DNA of 64,000 bases, taken from Dendrobates tinctorius (lineage: Eukaryota). A program made the position numbers and the translations under genes. The stretch's first letter is position 1; the number at the start of each line of letters is the position of its first letter. The stretch covers positions 8,122,001 to 8,186,000 of the forward strand of contig NW_027361772.1 of the NCBI RefSeq assembly GCF_039654945.1. The letters run 5' to 3'. The notes under the pieces are model-generated. The model saw only the letters and a list, made by a program, of their open reading frames with translations. It was not told the DNA's origin and did not search any database. Below are positions 61,924-64,000 of the stretch, in pieces.

Positions 61924-64000
61924 TCTATATATATAATCGTCTTATGATGTCTGTCTGTAACCGAAATCCCGCAAAGGCAGGTGCAGTCGGGCGCAGCGCT
62001 CAATCCGGCGCAGTCCATCTATAAAAAATAGAATTAAAATAAAAAAAGGTTATTCTCACCTTCCGACGGCCTACGATCTACTTTCCACATGCCCGGCCTC
62101 GCGGTCCCAGCAATGCCTTGTGCCTTAGACCGGAGATGATGTCACTCTCGCGAGAGCGCGACGTCATCAGCGGTGCTTCGCGTAAGGCATTACTGGGACC
62201 GCAAGGCCGGGCGCGTGGAAAGGAGGTCGGAGGCCGTCGGAAAGTGAGAATAACCTTTTTTTATTTTAACAGAGACCATGCATACCAGGAAAGGGGGGTG
62301 ACGGGACCACGCATACCAGGAAAGGGGGGTGAGGGTGACCATACATACCAGCAATGGGGGGGAGGGAAACCATGCATACCAGGAAAGGGGGGGTGAGGGG
62401 GACCATGCATACCAGCAATGGGGGGGAGGGAGACCATGCATACCAGCAATGGGGGGGGACCATGCATACCAGCAAAGGGGGGTAAAGGGGACCTTGCATA
62501 CCAGCAAAGTGGGGGGGACCATACATACAAAGAGGGGTGAGGGGGACCATGCATACCAGCAATGGGGGGGAGGGGGACCATGCATACCAGCAATGGGGGG
62601 GAAGGGGTACCATGCATACCAGCAATGGGGTGAGGGGGACCATGCATACCAGCAATGTGAGGGAGGGGCACCATGCATACCAGCAATGGGGGGAAGGGGT
62701 ACCATGCATACCAGCAATGGGGTGAGGGGGACCATGCATACCAGCAATGGGGGGAGGGGGACCATGCATACCAGCAATGGGGGGGAAGGGGTACCATGCA
62801 TACCAGCAATGGGGTGAGGGGGACCATGCATACCAGCAATGGGGGGAGGGGGACCATGCATACCAGCAATGGGGGGAGGGGGACCATGCATACCAGCAAA
62901 GGGGGGTGAAGGTGACCATGCATACCAGGAAAGGGGGGGTGATGGTGACCATGCATACCAGGATTGGGGGGTGAGGGAACCATGCATACCAGGATAGGGG
63001 GGTGAAGGTGACTATGCGCACCAGGATTGGGGGGGTGAGGGTGACCATGTATACCAGGATTGGGGGATGAGAGGACCATGCATACCAGGAAAGGGGAGTG
63101 AGAGTGACAATGCATACAGAATAGGGGGGTGAGGGTGACCATGCATACCAGGATAGGGGGGGGTGAGGGTGACCATGCATACCAGGATAGGGGGTGAGGG
63201 TGACCATATATACCAGGAAAGGGAGGTGAGGGGACCATGCATACCAGGAAAGAGGGGTGAGGGGAACCATGCATACCAGGAAAGGGGGGTGAGGGGATCA
63301 TGCTTATCAGGAAAGAGGGGTGAGAGGACCATGCATTCCAGGATTGGAGGGTGAGGGGACCATGCTTACCAGGATTGGTGGGTGAGGGGTACCATGCATA
63401 TCAGGATTGGGGGGTGAGAGGACCATGCATATCAGGATTGGGGGGTGAGGGGACCATGCATATCATGATTGGGGAGTGAGGGGACCATGAATACCCGGAA
63501 AGGGGGGTGATGGGACCATGCATACCAGGAAAGGGGGGTGACGGGACCACGCATACCAGGAAAGGGGGGTGAGGGTGACCATACATACCAGCAATGGGGG
63601 GGAGGGAAACCATGCATACCAGGAAAGGGGGGTGAGGGGGACCATGCATACCAGCAATGGGGGGGAGGGAGACCATGCATACCAGCAATGGGGGGGGACC
63701 ATGCATACCAGCAAAGGGGGGTAAAGGGGACCTTGCATACCAGCAAAGTGGGGGGGACCATACATACAAAGAGGGGTGAGGGGGACCATGCATACCAGCA
63801 ATGGGGGGAGGGGGACCATGCATACCAGCAATGGGGGGGAAGGGGTACCATGCATACCAGCAATGGGGTGAGGGGGACCATGCATACCAGCAATGTGAGG
63901 GAGGGGCACCATGCATACCAGCAATGGGGGGGAAGGGGTACCATGCATACCAGCAATGGGGTGAGGGGGACCATGCATACCAGCAATGGGGGGAGGGGGA
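61924..64000 (+). mobile_element. Probable non-autonomous Helitron (5' part) with a G-rich ~30-32-bp minisatellite running off the window
   Basis: A|TCTATATATATAAT...GTCTGTCTG start resembles 25832; GGGGACCATGCATACCAG array from 62274; 3' end not in the window. Confidence 0.65.

Noticed and set aside
62190-63986. Long Pro/His/Gly-rich ORFs (up to 346 aa)
   Set aside because: Open in multiple frames on both strands because the minisatellite lacks stop codons.

Overview
Eukaryotic, transposon-saturated genomic DNA. It is most likely an anuran (frog) genome; this is inferred from the repeat families, not proven. No prokaryotic genes, rRNA/tRNA genes or CRISPR arrays are present. Most ORFs in the supplied track are artefacts of minisatellites, MITEs and GC-rich LTRs. 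Main content: (1) two tandem copies plus a solo LTR of a pol-less, tRNA-Ser-primed LTR element whose LTR carries a second, internal LTR-end/PBS-like motif; (2) a young Tf1/sushi-type chromovirus (gag-PR-RT-RNH-IN-chromodomain) with a visible self-priming signal, broken only by a 136-bp LINE-tail insertion and sitting in a four-level nest; (3) CR1 and L2 LINE pieces, three Helitrons, Tc1, hAT, piggyBac-like, Kolobok-like and Harbinger-like non-autonomous elements, including a near-perfect 498-bp palindrome; (4) a decayed Gypsy; (5) a truncated tRNA-Ser-primed LTR element that appears to encode a cold-shock (OB-fold) domain, which is the most unusual signal found. Host-gene evidence is limited to a TATA box plus a signal-peptide first exon at 59173-59221 (+) and one or two candidate minus-strand exons near 51-52 kb. 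All alignments and mismatch counts were done by eye. Boundaries without a target-site duplication (TSD) are approximate.
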